Assembly (NCBI GenBank): GCA_041552055.1
Contig: JBFELO010000020.1
Span: 1-47,848 of the forward strand
DNA length: 47,848 bases
Reading direction: 5' to 3'
From: Candidatus Sulfomarinibacteraceae bacterium
GTDB lineage: Bacteria > Acidobacteriota > Thermoanaerobaculia > Thermoanaerobaculales > Sulfomarinibacteraceae
Within the stretch, counting starts at the first letter, position 1. The number at the start of each line of letters is the position of its first letter. The notes below the pieces were generated by a model that had not been told where the DNA came from, did no database searches, and worked only from the letters and a program-made list of their open reading frames with translations. Made by a program: the position numbers and the translations under genes. This document shows, piece after piece, positions 1 to 9,495 of this stretch.

Positions 1-296
<296 letters not shown>

Positions 297-304
<8 letters not shown>

Positions 305-908
305 CGCTGCGATCCGAAGAAGCGGCCGACCAGCGGGACGCCAGTGGGACGTCGGCCAGCCGCAGGAAGTTGGCCAGCAGGGCCATACCCTCCCGGCACA
401 GGTAGGACTCGGGGTGGAACTGGAGGCCGTAATGAGGCCGCGAGCTGTGCCGCACCCCCATCACCAGACCATCTTCGGTCCACGCCGTGAGCTCGAGATC
501 CTTCGCCAGGCTGTCGCGATCAACCACCAGCGAATGGTACCGGGTGGCCTCGAACGGGTCGGGAATGCCGTCGAAGAGATCCGTCTCGCCATGGCGGATC
601 GGGCTGGTCTTGCCGTGCACCGGCTCAGGGCCACGCACCACACTGCTCCCGTGGGCGACGGCCAGTGCCTGGAGTCCAAGGCAGATTCCGAGCACCGGCA
701 CGTCTTCCGCCGCGAGCACGAGATCCACGCTGATGCCGGCCTGTTCGGGCCTGCCTGGGCCGGGCGACACCACCACCGCCCGCGGCTTCCGCCGCAGCAG
801 CTCCGCCGGGCTCGCGACATCGTTGCGCACCACCTCGACCGCCACCTCGCTGATCTCGGACAGCCCCTGGACGAGGTTGTAGGTGAAGCTGTCGTAGTTG
901 TCGAGCAT
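297..908 (-). CDS. trpG: anthranilate synthase component II (glutamine amidotransferase)
   Basis: MLDNYDSFTYNLVQ...GICLGLQ...HSLVV... is a class-I GATase with a Cys-His-Glu triad. It is flanked by trpE and trpD. The six-frame ORF extends to 965, but the internal Met at 908 matches the canonical TrpG N-terminus. Confidence 0.85.
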
Positions 909-921
909 GAGGATCACGACC

Positions 922-2427
922 TCAGCCCTCCTCGTGCCACGACGCGGCGGCCTCCGCCATCGCAACGGCCTCGATCAGCGCATTCGCCTTGCTGCGGCAC
1001 TCCTCGAGCTCTGACTCCGGCACCGAGTCGTACACGATCCCGGCGCCGGCCTGCACGTGCACGCTGCCGCCGCGCTCGACCAGTGTCCGTATGGCGATAC
1101 AACAGTCCAGGTCGCCGTTGAGGTTGCGGTAACCGACGGCTCCACCGTATACGCCGCGGCGAACCTCTTCAAGCTCGTCGACGATCTCCATAGCCCGCAC
1201 CTTGGGCGCCCCGCTCAAGGTGCCGGCCGGAAAGCACGCGAACAGGGCATTCCAGGCGTCGCTGTCGGACCGCAGCTCGGCCTCGACCTCACTCACCAGG
1301 TGCATCACATGGCTGTACCGCTCCACCTCCATCTCGCGCACGACCCGCACCGATCCAGGCTCGGCCACACGCCCGAGGTCGTTGCGCCCGAGGTCGACCA
1401 GCATCACGTGCTCGGCCAGCTCTTTGGGGTCCGCGCGGAGCTCGTCCGCGAGCCGGGCATCCTCCTCCGGGTTTGCCCCTCTCTTGCGGGTACCCGCGAT
1501 CGGGCAGGCGGTGACGCGACTGCCTCGCACCTGGACGAGCGACTCCGGGCTCGCACCCAGAATGCGTGCCTGACCCGTGTCGAAAAGAAACATGAACGGT
1601 GACGGATTGGTGATGCGCAGCATCCGGTAGATCTCGGCCGCGGTGCACCGCGGCATCCGCCGCCAGCGCCGGGACAGCACCACCTGAAAGATGTCACCGG
1701 CCAGGATGTACTCACGGGCGCGGCGCACGGCGTCGAGGTAGTCAGCCGCCGACGGAGTTTCCGACCAACCAGACCAGGGGTCGTCGCCCGGGCTCGGGAT
1801 GGTGTGCGGACGGGGCCCCTCGGCACCGGTATGGAGCGCCCTGTGCAGCAGCTCCAGCCGATGCAACGCACGCTGCCAGGCCGCCTCGGGATCGCCGTCG
1901 ACCCGGGCAAGTGCGACCAGCTCGAGCCGCTGGCGGACGCGGTCCACCGCCACGACGCCGTCGTAAAGACCGAACCACGCCTCCGGCAGGCCGCTCTCGT
2001 CCCGTCCGGAGTCCGGGATCCGCTCCACCACCCTGACCGCGTCGTAACCGATGTAGCCGACCGCGCCGCCTGCAAACGGCGGCAGCTCGGCGACCGGCGC
2101 TGCGTCTCCGAGGTTCGTCGCCTGCCGCAGCACTTCGAGCGGCGAACCCGTTTGCGGTGCCCCGTCGACGTACACCGTGCCGCCGCGCAGTTCGATCACG
2201 CGAATCGGATCTGCACCGATGAAGCAGTAGCGACCGACACGCTCGCCGCCCTCGACGCTCTCGAGCAGGAACGGGTTGCGCCCCGACTCGGCCAGGCGCG
2301 AGTAGACCGTGAATGGCGTCACCGTGTCCGACGTCAGCTCCCGGACCACCGGAACGACGCTGTAGGTCCTCGCCAGCTCGAGAAAGCGGTGGCGGTCCGG
2401 CCGGAGCATCGGTTCGGTCTGTCGCAC
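922..2427 (-). CDS. trpE: anthranilate synthase component I
   Basis: 501 aa with chorismate-binding-enzyme motifs (…GAVGY…, …LSGAPKVRAMEI…). GTG start at 2427 is preceded by GAGGAG with a 6 nt spacer. Confidence 0.9.
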   Translation of the reverse strand: MRQTEPMLRPDRHRFLELARTYSVVPVVRELTSDTVTPFTVYSRLAESGRNPFLLESVEGGERVGRYCFIGADPIRVIELRGGTVYVDGAPQTGSPLEVLRQATNLGDAAPVAELPPFAGGAVGYIGYDAVRVVERIPDSGRDESGLPEAWFGLYDGVVAVDRVRQRLELVALARVDGDPEAAWQRALHRLELLHRALHTGAEGPRPHTIPSPGDDPWSGWSETPSAADYLDAVRRAREYILAGDIFQVVLSRRWRRMPRCTAAEIYRMLRITNPSPFMFLFDTGQARILGASPESLVQVRGSRVTACPIAGTRKRGANPEEDARLADELRADPKELAEHVMLVDLGRNDLGRVAEPGSVRVVREMEVERYSHVMHLVSEVEAELRSDSDAWNALFACFPAGTLSGAPKVRAMEIVDELEEVRRGVYGGAVGYRNLNGDLDCCIAIRTLVERGGSVHVQAGAGIVYDSVPESELEECRSKANALIEAVAMAEAAASWHEEG

Positions 2428-2429
2428 GG

Positions 2430-2475
2430 TCGTCTCCTCACATCCTCACAATCCTGACAGTCCTCACAATTTCGG
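2430..2475 (-). promoter_or_regulatory. trpE 5' leader containing three TGTGAGGA direct repeats that overlap the ribosome-binding site
   Basis: Minus-strand sequence reads ATTGTGAGGACTGTCAGGATTGTGAGGATGTGAGGAGACGACC-GTG(trpE). The repeated GAG-containing octamers sit immediately 5' of the start codon. Confidence 0.3.
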
Positions 2476-2673
2476 CAATCTCGTCGCACCCCGCATCGCC
2501 GCCCAGGGCTCTCGCGAGTCGGATGAAGGGCAATCATATAGCACCACACGGCTTCTCGGCGGCAGCCAAACTGGGAAGACCCACCTCGGATCCACGTGCC
2601 GTGCCCGGACCGTCGTGTAGAATGCCGACTCCTACGGCCGATTCCGGCTGCAACGACGCCGAGAGGAGCACCG

Positions 2674-3975
2674 ATGACAGCGCCGGTCATCACCATCGCC
2701 GAACTCGCCGAGCATGTCGGACAGGAGGTCACCCTCCGGGGATGGGTGTACAACTGGCGCAAGAAGGGCAAGCTCCGTTTCATCATCCTGCGCGACGGAT
2801 TCGGTTACCTGCAGTGCGTCGTATTCCGCCCGGAGGTGGCCGAAGACGTTTGGGAGACCGCGGTCGAGCTCACCCAGGAGTCGTCGCTGGAGGTCATCGG
2901 AACGCTGGTCGCCGACGACCGCGCTCCGGGCGGATTCGAGCTCAAGGTTGTCGGGCTGCGGCCGATCCAGATCGCTCCCGAGTACCCGATCGGAAAGAAG
3001 GACCACGGCCCGGACTTCCTCCTCAACCACCGCCACTTGTGGTTGCGGTCGCGTCGCCAACACGCAATCTTGCGGGTGCGATCGGAGCTGGAGCGGGCGA
3101 TTCATGACTTCTTTCACGCGCGCGGCTACACCCAGATCGACTCGCCCATCCTCACGCCGGCCGCCGCCGAGGGGACCTCGACGCTGTTCGAGACCGACTA
3201 CTTCGGCGACACCGCCTTCCTGTCCCAGTCCGGCCAGCTCTACCTGGAGCCGGCCGCCGCTTCGCTGGGCAAGGTGTACTGCTTCGGGCCTACCTTTCGG
3301 GCGGAGAAGTCGAAGACCCGCCGCCACCTGACCGAGTTCTGGATGGTGGAACCCGAGGTGGCGTGGTTGCGTTTCGACGGCCTGCTCGATCTCTGCGAGG
3401 AGTTTCTCCGCGAGATCGTCGCCCGAGTCCTCGACCGTTGCAGGGTCGACCTGGATCGGCTCGAGCGCGACATCTCCAAACTGGAGCCGGCGGCCAGCGG
3501 GTCATACCCGAGGTTGGACTACGCGGATGCGATCAACCGTGTGCAGGAACTCGGACACGAGATCCAATTCGGGGACGATTTCGGCGCCGACCAGGAAGCC
3601 GAGTTGACCAGGCAGTTCGATCGGCCGTTCATGATCACCCGCTTCCCGGCTGCAGTGAAGGCGTTCTACATGGAGCCCGATCCGGACGATCCAGAGCGCG
3701 TCCTCGCCGTCGATGTTTTGGCACCGGAAGGCTACGGCGAGATCATCGGCGGGTCCGAACGCGCCAACTCGCTGCAGCACCTCGAGGCTAGGGTGGCCGA
3801 GCACGATCTACCCCGCGAGGCCTACGAGTGGTACCTCGATATCCGCCGGTACGGCACCTTCCCCCACTCCGGCTTCGGCATGGGAATCGAGCGCTGCGTG
3901 GCGTGGCTGTGCGGGGTGCCCCACCTGCGAGAGACGATTCCCTTTCCGAGGATGTTGAATCGGCTGTATCCCTAG
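2674..3975 (+). CDS. asnS: asparagine--tRNA ligase (class IIb aaRS; archaeal-type AspRS not excluded)
   Basis: LRGWVYNWRKKGKLRFIILRDGFGYLQCVV anticodon-binding N-terminus, FRAEKSKTRRHLTEFWMVEPE motif 2 and GFGMGIERCVAWL...IPFPR motif 3. ATG at 2674 is preceded by GAGAGGAG with a 5 nt spacer. 433 aa. Confidence 0.8.
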   Translation: MTAPVITIAELAEHVGQEVTLRGWVYNWRKKGKLRFIILRDGFGYLQCVVFRPEVAEDVWETAVELTQESSLEVIGTLVADDRAPGGFELKVVGLRPIQIAPEYPIGKKDHGPDFLLNHRHLWLRSRRQHAILRVRSELERAIHDFFHARGYTQIDSPILTPAAAEGTSTLFETDYFGDTAFLSQSGQLYLEPAAASLGKVYCFGPTFRAEKSKTRRHLTEFWMVEPEVAWLRFDGLLDLCEEFLREIVARVLDRCRVDLDRLERDISKLEPAASGSYPRLDYADAINRVQELGHEIQFGDDFGADQEAELTRQFDRPFMITRFPAAVKAFYMEPDPDDPERVLAVDVLAPEGYGEIIGGSERANSLQHLEARVAEHDLPREAYEWYLDIRRYGTFPHSGFGMGIERCVAWLCGVPHLRETIPFPRMLNRLYP

Positions 3976-4080
3976 CCCCCGCCAGCCCAGAGCATGTGGA
4001 CGTGGGGTCTTGTGGGCTTGAAGGCGTGTGGGCATGACCGGAACCTCTCTGGGAGAATCCCTCGGGCCCTCAAGCCCAGA

Positions 4081-4104
4081 CCGGCGCTCATGCATGAGTG
4101 CCGG
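4081..4104. terminator. 24-bp near-perfect palindrome (CCGGCGCTCATGCATGAGTGCCGG) between convergent asnS and the Smr gene
   Basis: Seen directly in sequence. No U-tract follows, so its function as a terminator is uncertain. Confidence 0.25.
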
Positions 4105-4140
4105 CTGGCCAAGCCCGCAAGCCCTCAGACCCCGGTTCCC

Positions 4141-4644
4141 TTATTCCTTCAGGTACGCCACGGTGGCGCCCCAGCCCCCCCGATCGGCCGGTGCGTCGTG
4201 GAACTCATCGACCAGAGGGTGGCGCGCCAGCACGCTGCGCACCCGCTCGCGCTGGACCCCGATGCCGCGGCCGTGGATCAGCCGGACCTCGCGGAATCCG
4301 CCCGCATGTGCGGCGGTCAGGTAGTCGGCCACGACGTCGGGAATGTCGCGAGGCTCGAACGGGTGCAGGTCGATCCGATCCTCGACCGGCAGAATCACCG
4401 GTTGATCCGGCTCCACGGACGAGTGCGCATCGGGCTCCTCATACGATTCGGCGCCTTGGTCGGCCCGCCCCGCGATGAGCACGATGACAGTCATGACGAG
4501 GAGAGCCAGGCCGAACACTGCGAGGCCCCACCAGGCGCGAGTGCCGAACACGTTTGCCAGTGGCCAGGTGGCCGCGGCGGCGACGACGAAGACCGCCATC
4601 TTGGTCAGGATGTACGCTCGGCGGGCGTGTGGATCGTGCAGCAC
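4141..4644 (-). CDS. Smr-domain protein with an N-terminal transmembrane segment
   Basis: C-terminal ...FREVRLIHGRGIGVQRERVRSVLARHP... resembles the Smr/MutS2 C-terminal domain. A hydrophobic N-terminal helix is present. GTG start has no clear Shine-Dalgarno. Confidence 0.5.
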   Translation of the reverse strand: MLHDPHARRAYILTKMAVFVVAAAATWPLANVFGTRAWWGLAVFGLALLVMTVIVLIAGRADQGAESYEEPDAHSSVEPDQPVILPVEDRIDLHPFEPRDIPDVVADYLTAAHAGGFREVRLIHGRGIGVQRERVRSVLARHPLVDEFHDAPADRGGWGATVAYLKE

Positions 4645-4713
4645 GCCGTGAGTATATCCGCTAGCGCGAGCGAAGCCGGGCCTCCTTCTTTCGCGCGGCT
4701 CACACAGCGATCG

Positions 4714-5040
4714 TCAGGTGTGCTTCTCTTCCACCGGTGTCGTCTCCATGGCGGTGACGGTGTACCCGAGCTTCTCGATCTCCGCCTTGAGCTGGTCGGC
4801 GGACACCTCACGCGGCTGGTAGGTCGCTTCGGCAACACCCTTCTCGTGTTCGGCGGACGCGGACACCACGCCGTCGACCCGCTCCAAGGTACCGACGATG
4901 GTGGCCGAACACCCGTCGCAGTGAATACCTTCGACCTCGAACGTCGTGCTGACGGTGTCGCCTCCGTCACCTGCGATCGCCATGGCGGCTGCAGCTAACA
5001 CGAGGACTCCCAGCACAACAATGTCGGGACGCAGCCTCAT
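4714..5040 (-). CDS. heavy-metal-associated (HMA) domain metallochaperone-like protein with signal peptide
   Basis: GIHCDGCSATIVGTL is a CxxC metal-binding motif in a ferredoxin-like HMA fold. N-terminal signal peptide is present. The gene lies immediately downstream of arsR. Confidence 0.7.
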   Translation of the reverse strand: MRLRPDIVVLGVLVLAAAAMAIAGDGGDTVSTTFEVEGIHCDGCSATIVGTLERVDGVVSASAEHEKGVAEATYQPREVSADQLKAEIEKLGYTVTAMETTPVEEKHT

Positions 5041-5043
5041 CGC

Positions 5044-5406
5044 TCACTCCGATTCGGGCGCCAGTGCCGGCACGCAGGGAATCTCGTTGCTGGCACCGGT
5101 GCAGCGGTAGTAGGTCGTCATGCCGTCGCGGCGGGCGACCACCAGTCCGCCGATGCGGAGGCGCCCGAGGTGCTGGGACACGGCTGCCGGCGTCATGCCG
5201 AGCACGGTCGCCAGATCGCACACGCAGAGCTCTCCAGCGTACTGGAGCAGCGCCAAGATTCTGAGGCGTGTCTCACCGGCCAGCAGCGAGAAGTGCTCGG
5301 AGGCCCGTCGCATTCGTTCACGGTTGTGCTCCAGCTTCTCTCGGAATCCCACGAGCTCCGCCGGCGTTCGATCCGGCGCCACGCAGTCGACTCGCACACG
5401 ACTCAT
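5044..5406 (-). CDS. ArsR/SmtB-family metalloregulator
   Basis: …ETRLRILALLQYAGELCVCDLATVLGMTPAAVSQHLGRL… is a winged HTH with a CVC metal-sensing motif. Start is preceded by GGGGGA. Confidence 0.8.
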   Translation of the reverse strand: MSRVRVDCVAPDRTPAELVGFREKLEHNRERMRRASEHFSLLAGETRLRILALLQYAGELCVCDLATVLGMTPAAVSQHLGRLRIGGLVVARRDGMTTYYRCTGASNEIPCVPALAPESE

Positions 5407-5445
5407 GTCATCCCCCGCCGAGGAGTTTTCCCTTCCTTGGCCATA

Positions 5446-5478
5446 TCAGTATTTTAGAATTTTCTTAATACTTGTCAA
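5446..5478 (-). promoter_or_regulatory. Divergent arsR/DCC promoter with a putative ArsR operator (AGTATT-N14-AATACT) between -35 TTGACA and -10 TAAAAT on the minus strand
   Basis: This is an AT-rich island in a 70% GC background. The inverted repeat and the -35/-10 hexamers with a 16 nt spacer are seen directly in sequence. Confidence 0.4.
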
Positions 5479-5554
5479 CCTCGTCGTTCGCATATGCGGC
5501 CCGCCGGGAACACTCATGTCCGTGGGCCACGTTACCACCACAGGGAGAGCTTAC

Positions 5555-5905
5555 ATGTCAACCGGTCAGCGGCTCGAGGTCTGGTACGACGGCAACTGCA
5601 ATTTGTGTCGGCAATCCCGCTCCTGGTGTGAGCAACGGGCCGGCCGATCTCGTCTCGGCTTCATCGACTTCCGCGCGGTCCCCGACGATCGGCTACCAGT
5701 TCCGCGTCACAAACTCGAAACCTCGATGTGGGTGCAGACTCTCGACGGTCAGCTCTTGAGCGGGTTCGATGGCTGGCGACGGATTCTCTCCACTGTTCCG
5801 CGCTGGCGTTGGCTGGCGCAGCTCTCCGGCGTGCCGCCGTTCCGCTGGCTCGGCCCACCGTTGTACCGTCTCGTGGCGCACCGGAGGAATCACCTTCCGA
5901 CCTGA
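5555..5905 (+). CDS. DCC-family thiol-disulfide oxidoreductase-like protein (DUF393)
   Basis: WYDGNCNLCRQSRSW resembles the DxxCxxC motif of DUF393/DCC proteins. ATG at 5555 is preceded by GGGAGAG. The rest of the 261-aa six-frame ORF is upstream non-coding sequence. Confidence 0.65.
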   Translation: MSTGQRLEVWYDGNCNLCRQSRSWCEQRAGRSRLGFIDFRAVPDDRLPVPRHKLETSMWVQTLDGQLLSGFDGWRRILSTVPRWRWLAQLSGVPPFRWLGPPLYRLVAHRRNHLPT

Positions 5906-5963
5906 AAATCACCGGGACCAAAGGGGCCCTCGATTTGACGAGGGATCACAGGCGAGATGGACG

Positions 5964-7289
5964 CTACGGTCTCCAGTCGTCAACCGGAATCGGCGGACCG
6001 ATCCTACCTTCGCCCAGCCGCGGTGCCACGTAGATGTCCTGGTCCAGTTCAACCGGTCGGAAATTCGGGATGCATGCGAACACCCACTTGCCGTCACCGG
6101 TGGGCGCGGCATCCGTGATAACGGTTCGGTGCGGACCCGGGACCACGACCGGTCGCAGCTCACCTGCAGCCAACACGAACTGACGATCCCCACGGGTGAA
6201 ATACAGCTCATTTGCCGGCCCGACCCGGGGCGATCTCTCCGGCCCGGCGGTATTGACTTCGGGCTGGAGCGGCATCGGAGTGCCATCGATCGTCGGATCG
6301 TACAGCCACAGATCGGTCGGCGCTCCGGCCAGCCGCTGCACCACGTACACCATCTTGGTGCGACTCCCCGCGAGGAATTGCCCATCGCTCGTCGCCACGT
6401 CACCGAGGCCGGGCATCCGCTCGATCGATCCCCACGGGCCGTCCGGCGAGGACCGTTCAGCCGAGCCCACCCATGTGCCGTCGGGGCTCTCGACCGTGAC
6501 AAGGCAGGTCGTCTCGTCCTCATCGATCCATGTCATACGCACGCTCGCAGTGTCCTCCAGAGCGTCGAAGATCACCGGCGCGGGTGGCGTCCACCCGTCA
6601 TCTCCGAGCTCGGTTCGGTACACCCGTCCGACGCCGACCTCCCCCTCGCCCGGCTGCGGCAAACCGGGTCTGCGGGCACCGAGCCAGTCGTTACTGCCGC
6701 TCGCCGGCGGCCGCAACCGAGCCGTGAAGTACAGCACCTCGCCGCGGGCCAGCGGCAGTGGTGTCCGCTCGATTCCGTCGGAGTTGACCAGACCCGGGTC
6801 GTCCCGCACGACTTCGACGTCTTCGGGGCGGGCAAGCCCGGGGAGCTGCCACCTTCGGAACGACTCGAAGTCAGTGAAATATCGCGCCTCGACCGTGACG
6901 TTCGACGTCCCGATCATGCGGGTGGTGCCGACGACGGGCACCACCGCCACTTCGCTGCCCAGGGCGATGCTCTCGATCGGCACTCCTCCGCCGTGCGCGA
7001 GCACCACGGTATCGCTCGTGACCAGAACATCTGCCACCAGCCCCTCCTCGAGAGACGGGCTCGGCCGACCCTCGTTCTGCTCGGCCTCGAGGAACGCTCG
7101 AGGCATGCCGACCCGCACCCGCGCCAGCCATGCCGGGTCGTCGTGCTCGACCTCTTCGAGTTCGATCAGGTTGCCGAAGACCTCCGTATCCGGGTGCGTC
7201 ATGGGCCGCGCCGGATCGAGCAGATCACACGCGGCGAGCGTCACCGTGATTGCGAGAATGGCCAGTGTCCAACGTCGAGGCATCGTCAT
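5964..7289 (-). CDS. large secreted lipoprotein, function unknown
   Basis: N-terminal LAILAITVTLAAC lipobox. 441 aa with no catalytic motifs recognised. Confidence 0.55.
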   Translation of the reverse strand: MTMPRRWTLAILAITVTLAACDLLDPARPMTHPDTEVFGNLIELEEVEHDDPAWLARVRVGMPRAFLEAEQNEGRPSPSLEEGLVADVLVTSDTVVLAHGGGVPIESIALGSEVAVVPVVGTTRMIGTSNVTVEARYFTDFESFRRWQLPGLARPEDVEVVRDDPGLVNSDGIERTPLPLARGEVLYFTARLRPPASGSNDWLGARRPGLPQPGEGEVGVGRVYRTELGDDGWTPPAPVIFDALEDTASVRMTWIDEDETTCLVTVESPDGTWVGSAERSSPDGPWGSIERMPGLGDVATSDGQFLAGSRTKMVYVVQRLAGAPTDLWLYDPTIDGTPMPLQPEVNTAGPERSPRVGPANELYFTRGDRQFVLAAGELRPVVVPGPHRTVITDAAPTGDGKWVFACIPNFRPVELDQDIYVAPRLGEGRIGPPIPVDDWRP

Positions 7290-7343
7290 CCTCCAATGCT
7301 GCTCTCATGTTACCGCGGAGGCTCACGCGATCGGGGGAATCGC

Positions 7344-7441
7344 CCGTATACGTCTCCGTTTCCGTCTCCGTGCCCGATCTGCCCTTCGAGGCCGCGAGGT
7401 GAGAGTTCGAAGACGGATACGGACACGGATACGGAGACGGG
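7344..7441. repeat. Inverted hexamer-array element A: (CGTNTC)x5 - 35 nt spacer - (GACGGA/GACACG)x5
   Basis: CGTATACGTCTCCGTTTCCGTCTCCGTGCCCG ... GACGGATACGGACACGGATACGGAGACGG. The two arms are reverse-complementary hexamer tandems that could form a long imperfect hairpin. The element lies between the nupC 3' end and the lipoprotein 5' end. Confidence 0.5.
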
Positions 7442-7503
7442 TTGCGCGGTGCAGCCCGGGACCTGCCAGCTCCACGCGACAACAGCGCGAGGTGCGGACC
7501 GTG

Positions 7504-9129
7504 TTACAGCAACATCCCGGCGATGGTCGCCGTCAACCAGGAGGCCACCGCACCGCCGAACATCGCCTTCAGTCCGATCTTCGCCAGGTCCGACTTCCGC
7601 CCCGGAGCCACGGCCGAGATTCCGCCGATCTGGATGCCGATGGACGAGAAATTCGCGAACCCGCACAACGCGTACGTGGCGATAATCACCGCGCGCTCGC
7701 CGATCGCTCCCTCTTGGATATACGACCCCAGAGCACCGTACGCGACGAACTCATTGAGCGAGAGCTTGATTCCGAGCAGATTGCCGACCGCCGCGGCATC
7801 GGACCAGGGGACTCCCATGAGCCATGCGAGCGGTCGCAGCAACGAGCCGAATAGCGTCTGGAGCGATCCCGGGAAGAAACCGACGTACTCGCCCTTGACC
7901 GGAGACCAGAGGGTGTCAAAGGGGTAGGCCACATACTCCCCTCCCACCAGCGAACCGTCGATCAGCCTGTCGAGCACGATGAGCACGCTGTCCACTACGG
8001 CGATCAGCGCGATGAAACCGATCAGCATCGCACCCACGTTGACCGCCAGCTTGAGGCCGTCGGTGATGCCGTTGGCAGCGGCCTCGATCACGTTGCCACC
8101 CACGTCGATCTCGGGCAGCCGAATGTCGCCAGCGGTCACCGAGTGTTCCGTTTCCGGAAACACGATCTTGCCTATTACGAGGGCAGCCGGCGCCGACATC
8201 ACGCTCGCGGCGATCAAATGTCCGGCCGGGATGCCCATGGCGATGTATCCGGCGAGCACGCCGCCCGCGATGGTGGCGAAGCCGCCCACCATGATCGTCA
8301 ACAACTCCGACCGGGTCATGTCGTCCAGGAACGGTTTTATCAGGAGTGGTCCCTCGGTCTGACCGACGAAGATGTTGGCCGTACACGACAGCGTCTCGGC
8401 ACCGCTGGTCCCGATTGTCCACCGCATGAATCGCGCCATCGACTCGATCACCCCTTGCATGATGCCGAGGTAGTAGAGCACGCTCATGAATCCGCCGAAG
8501 AAGATGATGGTCGGCAGCACCTTGAACGCGAACTGGAATCCGAAGCCCGGCCAGCCGGCATCTGGCCCCGGAAAGTAGTGGTCGACGATCGCCAGGTTCC
8601 CGAACAGGAAGCGGGCACCGTAGTCGGACAGGTTGAGGAAGCCCGCCACGCCGTCGCTGAAGCGGGCGAACACTACCTGACCGTGCAGTCCTCTGGAAAT
8701 CAGAAAGCTGACGCCAAGCACCAGCAGCAGCGTAGCGCCGTACCGCTGCGCCGGTTGGGACCAGCGAACCCGAGCGTTGACGGCCAGGCCCACGACAACC
8801 ACCGCCATGAGGTACGGGATGGTCCCGGGCAACCACCTGGTGAACACGAAGCCGAGCAGACCGGCGGCGGCTGTGAGGCCGGCCGTTGCAGCCCAACCGC
8901 TACCCAGGCGGGCGTGGTCCGCCTGCAGCAGGTACACCACGATCAACAGACCGAGTGCGGCCATGCCCGCGAAGCTCCACCAGTCCTGACGCAGGATGAT
9001 GACCGCAAACAGGAACTGCAGTCCGATTCCCCACGCCACCGTGCGCGGCTGAACCCTGGTGCGGTGATATGACATGACCCACGCGATCGCGAGCAACGCG
9101 AGCAGTCCCAGTACGCTGATCAGCTGCAT
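7504..9129 (-). CDS. nupC: NupC/CNT-family nucleoside transporter
   Basis: …FVGQTEGPLLIKPFLDDMTRSELLTIMVGGFATIAGGVLAGY…ASVMSAPAALVIGKIVFPETE… is typical of concentrative nucleoside transporters. ATG at 9129 is preceded by GGAGGGG. The 774-aa six-frame ORF is an upstream read-through. Confidence 0.8.
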   Translation of the reverse strand: MQLISVLGLLALLAIAWVMSYHRTRVQPRTVAWGIGLQFLFAVIILRQDWWSFAGMAALGLLIVVYLLQADHARLGSGWAATAGLTAAAGLLGFVFTRWLPGTIPYLMAVVVVGLAVNARVRWSQPAQRYGATLLLVLGVSFLISRGLHGQVVFARFSDGVAGFLNLSDYGARFLFGNLAIVDHYFPGPDAGWPGFGFQFAFKVLPTIIFFGGFMSVLYYLGIMQGVIESMARFMRWTIGTSGAETLSCTANIFVGQTEGPLLIKPFLDDMTRSELLTIMVGGFATIAGGVLAGYIAMGIPAGHLIAASVMSAPAALVIGKIVFPETEHSVTAGDIRLPEIDVGGNVIEAAANGITDGLKLAVNVGAMLIGFIALIAVVDSVLIVLDRLIDGSLVGGEYVAYPFDTLWSPVKGEYVGFFPGSLQTLFGSLLRPLAWLMGVPWSDAAAVGNLLGIKLSLNEFVAYGALGSYIQEGAIGERAVIIATYALCGFANFSSIGIQIGGISAVAPGRKSDLAKIGLKAMFGGAVASWLTATIAGMLL

Positions 9130-9264
9130 GGCCCCTCCGTGGATGTGACCCGCAGTCACTTTACACCGGCAGCCGACCCTTGTGGCACCTGCCCTCGGCC
9201 GCTGTATAATCCCCGTATAATCCCCACGGGAACGCGTAGGGAAGCACGCAGCGGAGATGTGACC

Positions 9265-9471
9265 ATGTCGATGGACTTCGAGACCGTTCGGTTCATGAGG
9301 CTCAGCTTCGCGGTAATCTTCGCGGCCGTGGGAATCGCCGCCGGCATCAAATACGGCGGCATCATCCCCGGCGCGATCGGGATGTACGGGGCGCCCGCCC
9401 TCGGTGCCGTCATCGGCGCCGTTTTCGGCTGGAATGCGGTCGACCTCATCAAGGGACGCGCCCACAAGTAG
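9265..9471 (+). CDS. small hydrophobic membrane protein (68 aa)
   Basis: MSMDFETVRFMRLSFAVIFAAVGIAAGIKYGGIIPGAIGMYGAPALGAVIGAVFGW has two predicted transmembrane helices. No family recognised. Confidence 0.3.
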   Translation: MSMDFETVRFMRLSFAVIFAAVGIAAGIKYGGIIPGAIGMYGAPALGAVIGAVFGWNAVDLIKGRAHK

Positions 9472-9495
9472 CCGACCACTGAGAACAGCTACCCG

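Noticed and set aside
2430-2475. Bacillus-type TRAP attenuator
   Set aside because: TRAP is restricted to Firmicutes and needs 9-11 (G/U)AG triplets. Only three repeats are present here, in a high-GC diderm context. Recorded instead as an unexplained repeat at the ribosome-binding site.
7344-7441. CRISPR array interpretation of the short tandem repeats (also at 24486-24582 and 28762-28824)
   Set aside because: Repeat units are 6 nt with no spacers of 25-40 nt between direct repeats. Arrays are inverted, not direct. No cas genes are present.
5769-7854. Plus-strand ORFs of 638 aa (5769-7685) and 552 aa (6196-7854)
   Set aside because: Antisense to the lipoprotein and nupC genes. Translations are low-complexity Arg/Pro/Ser-rich with no motifs. 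Such ORFs are a typical artefact of ~70% GC.
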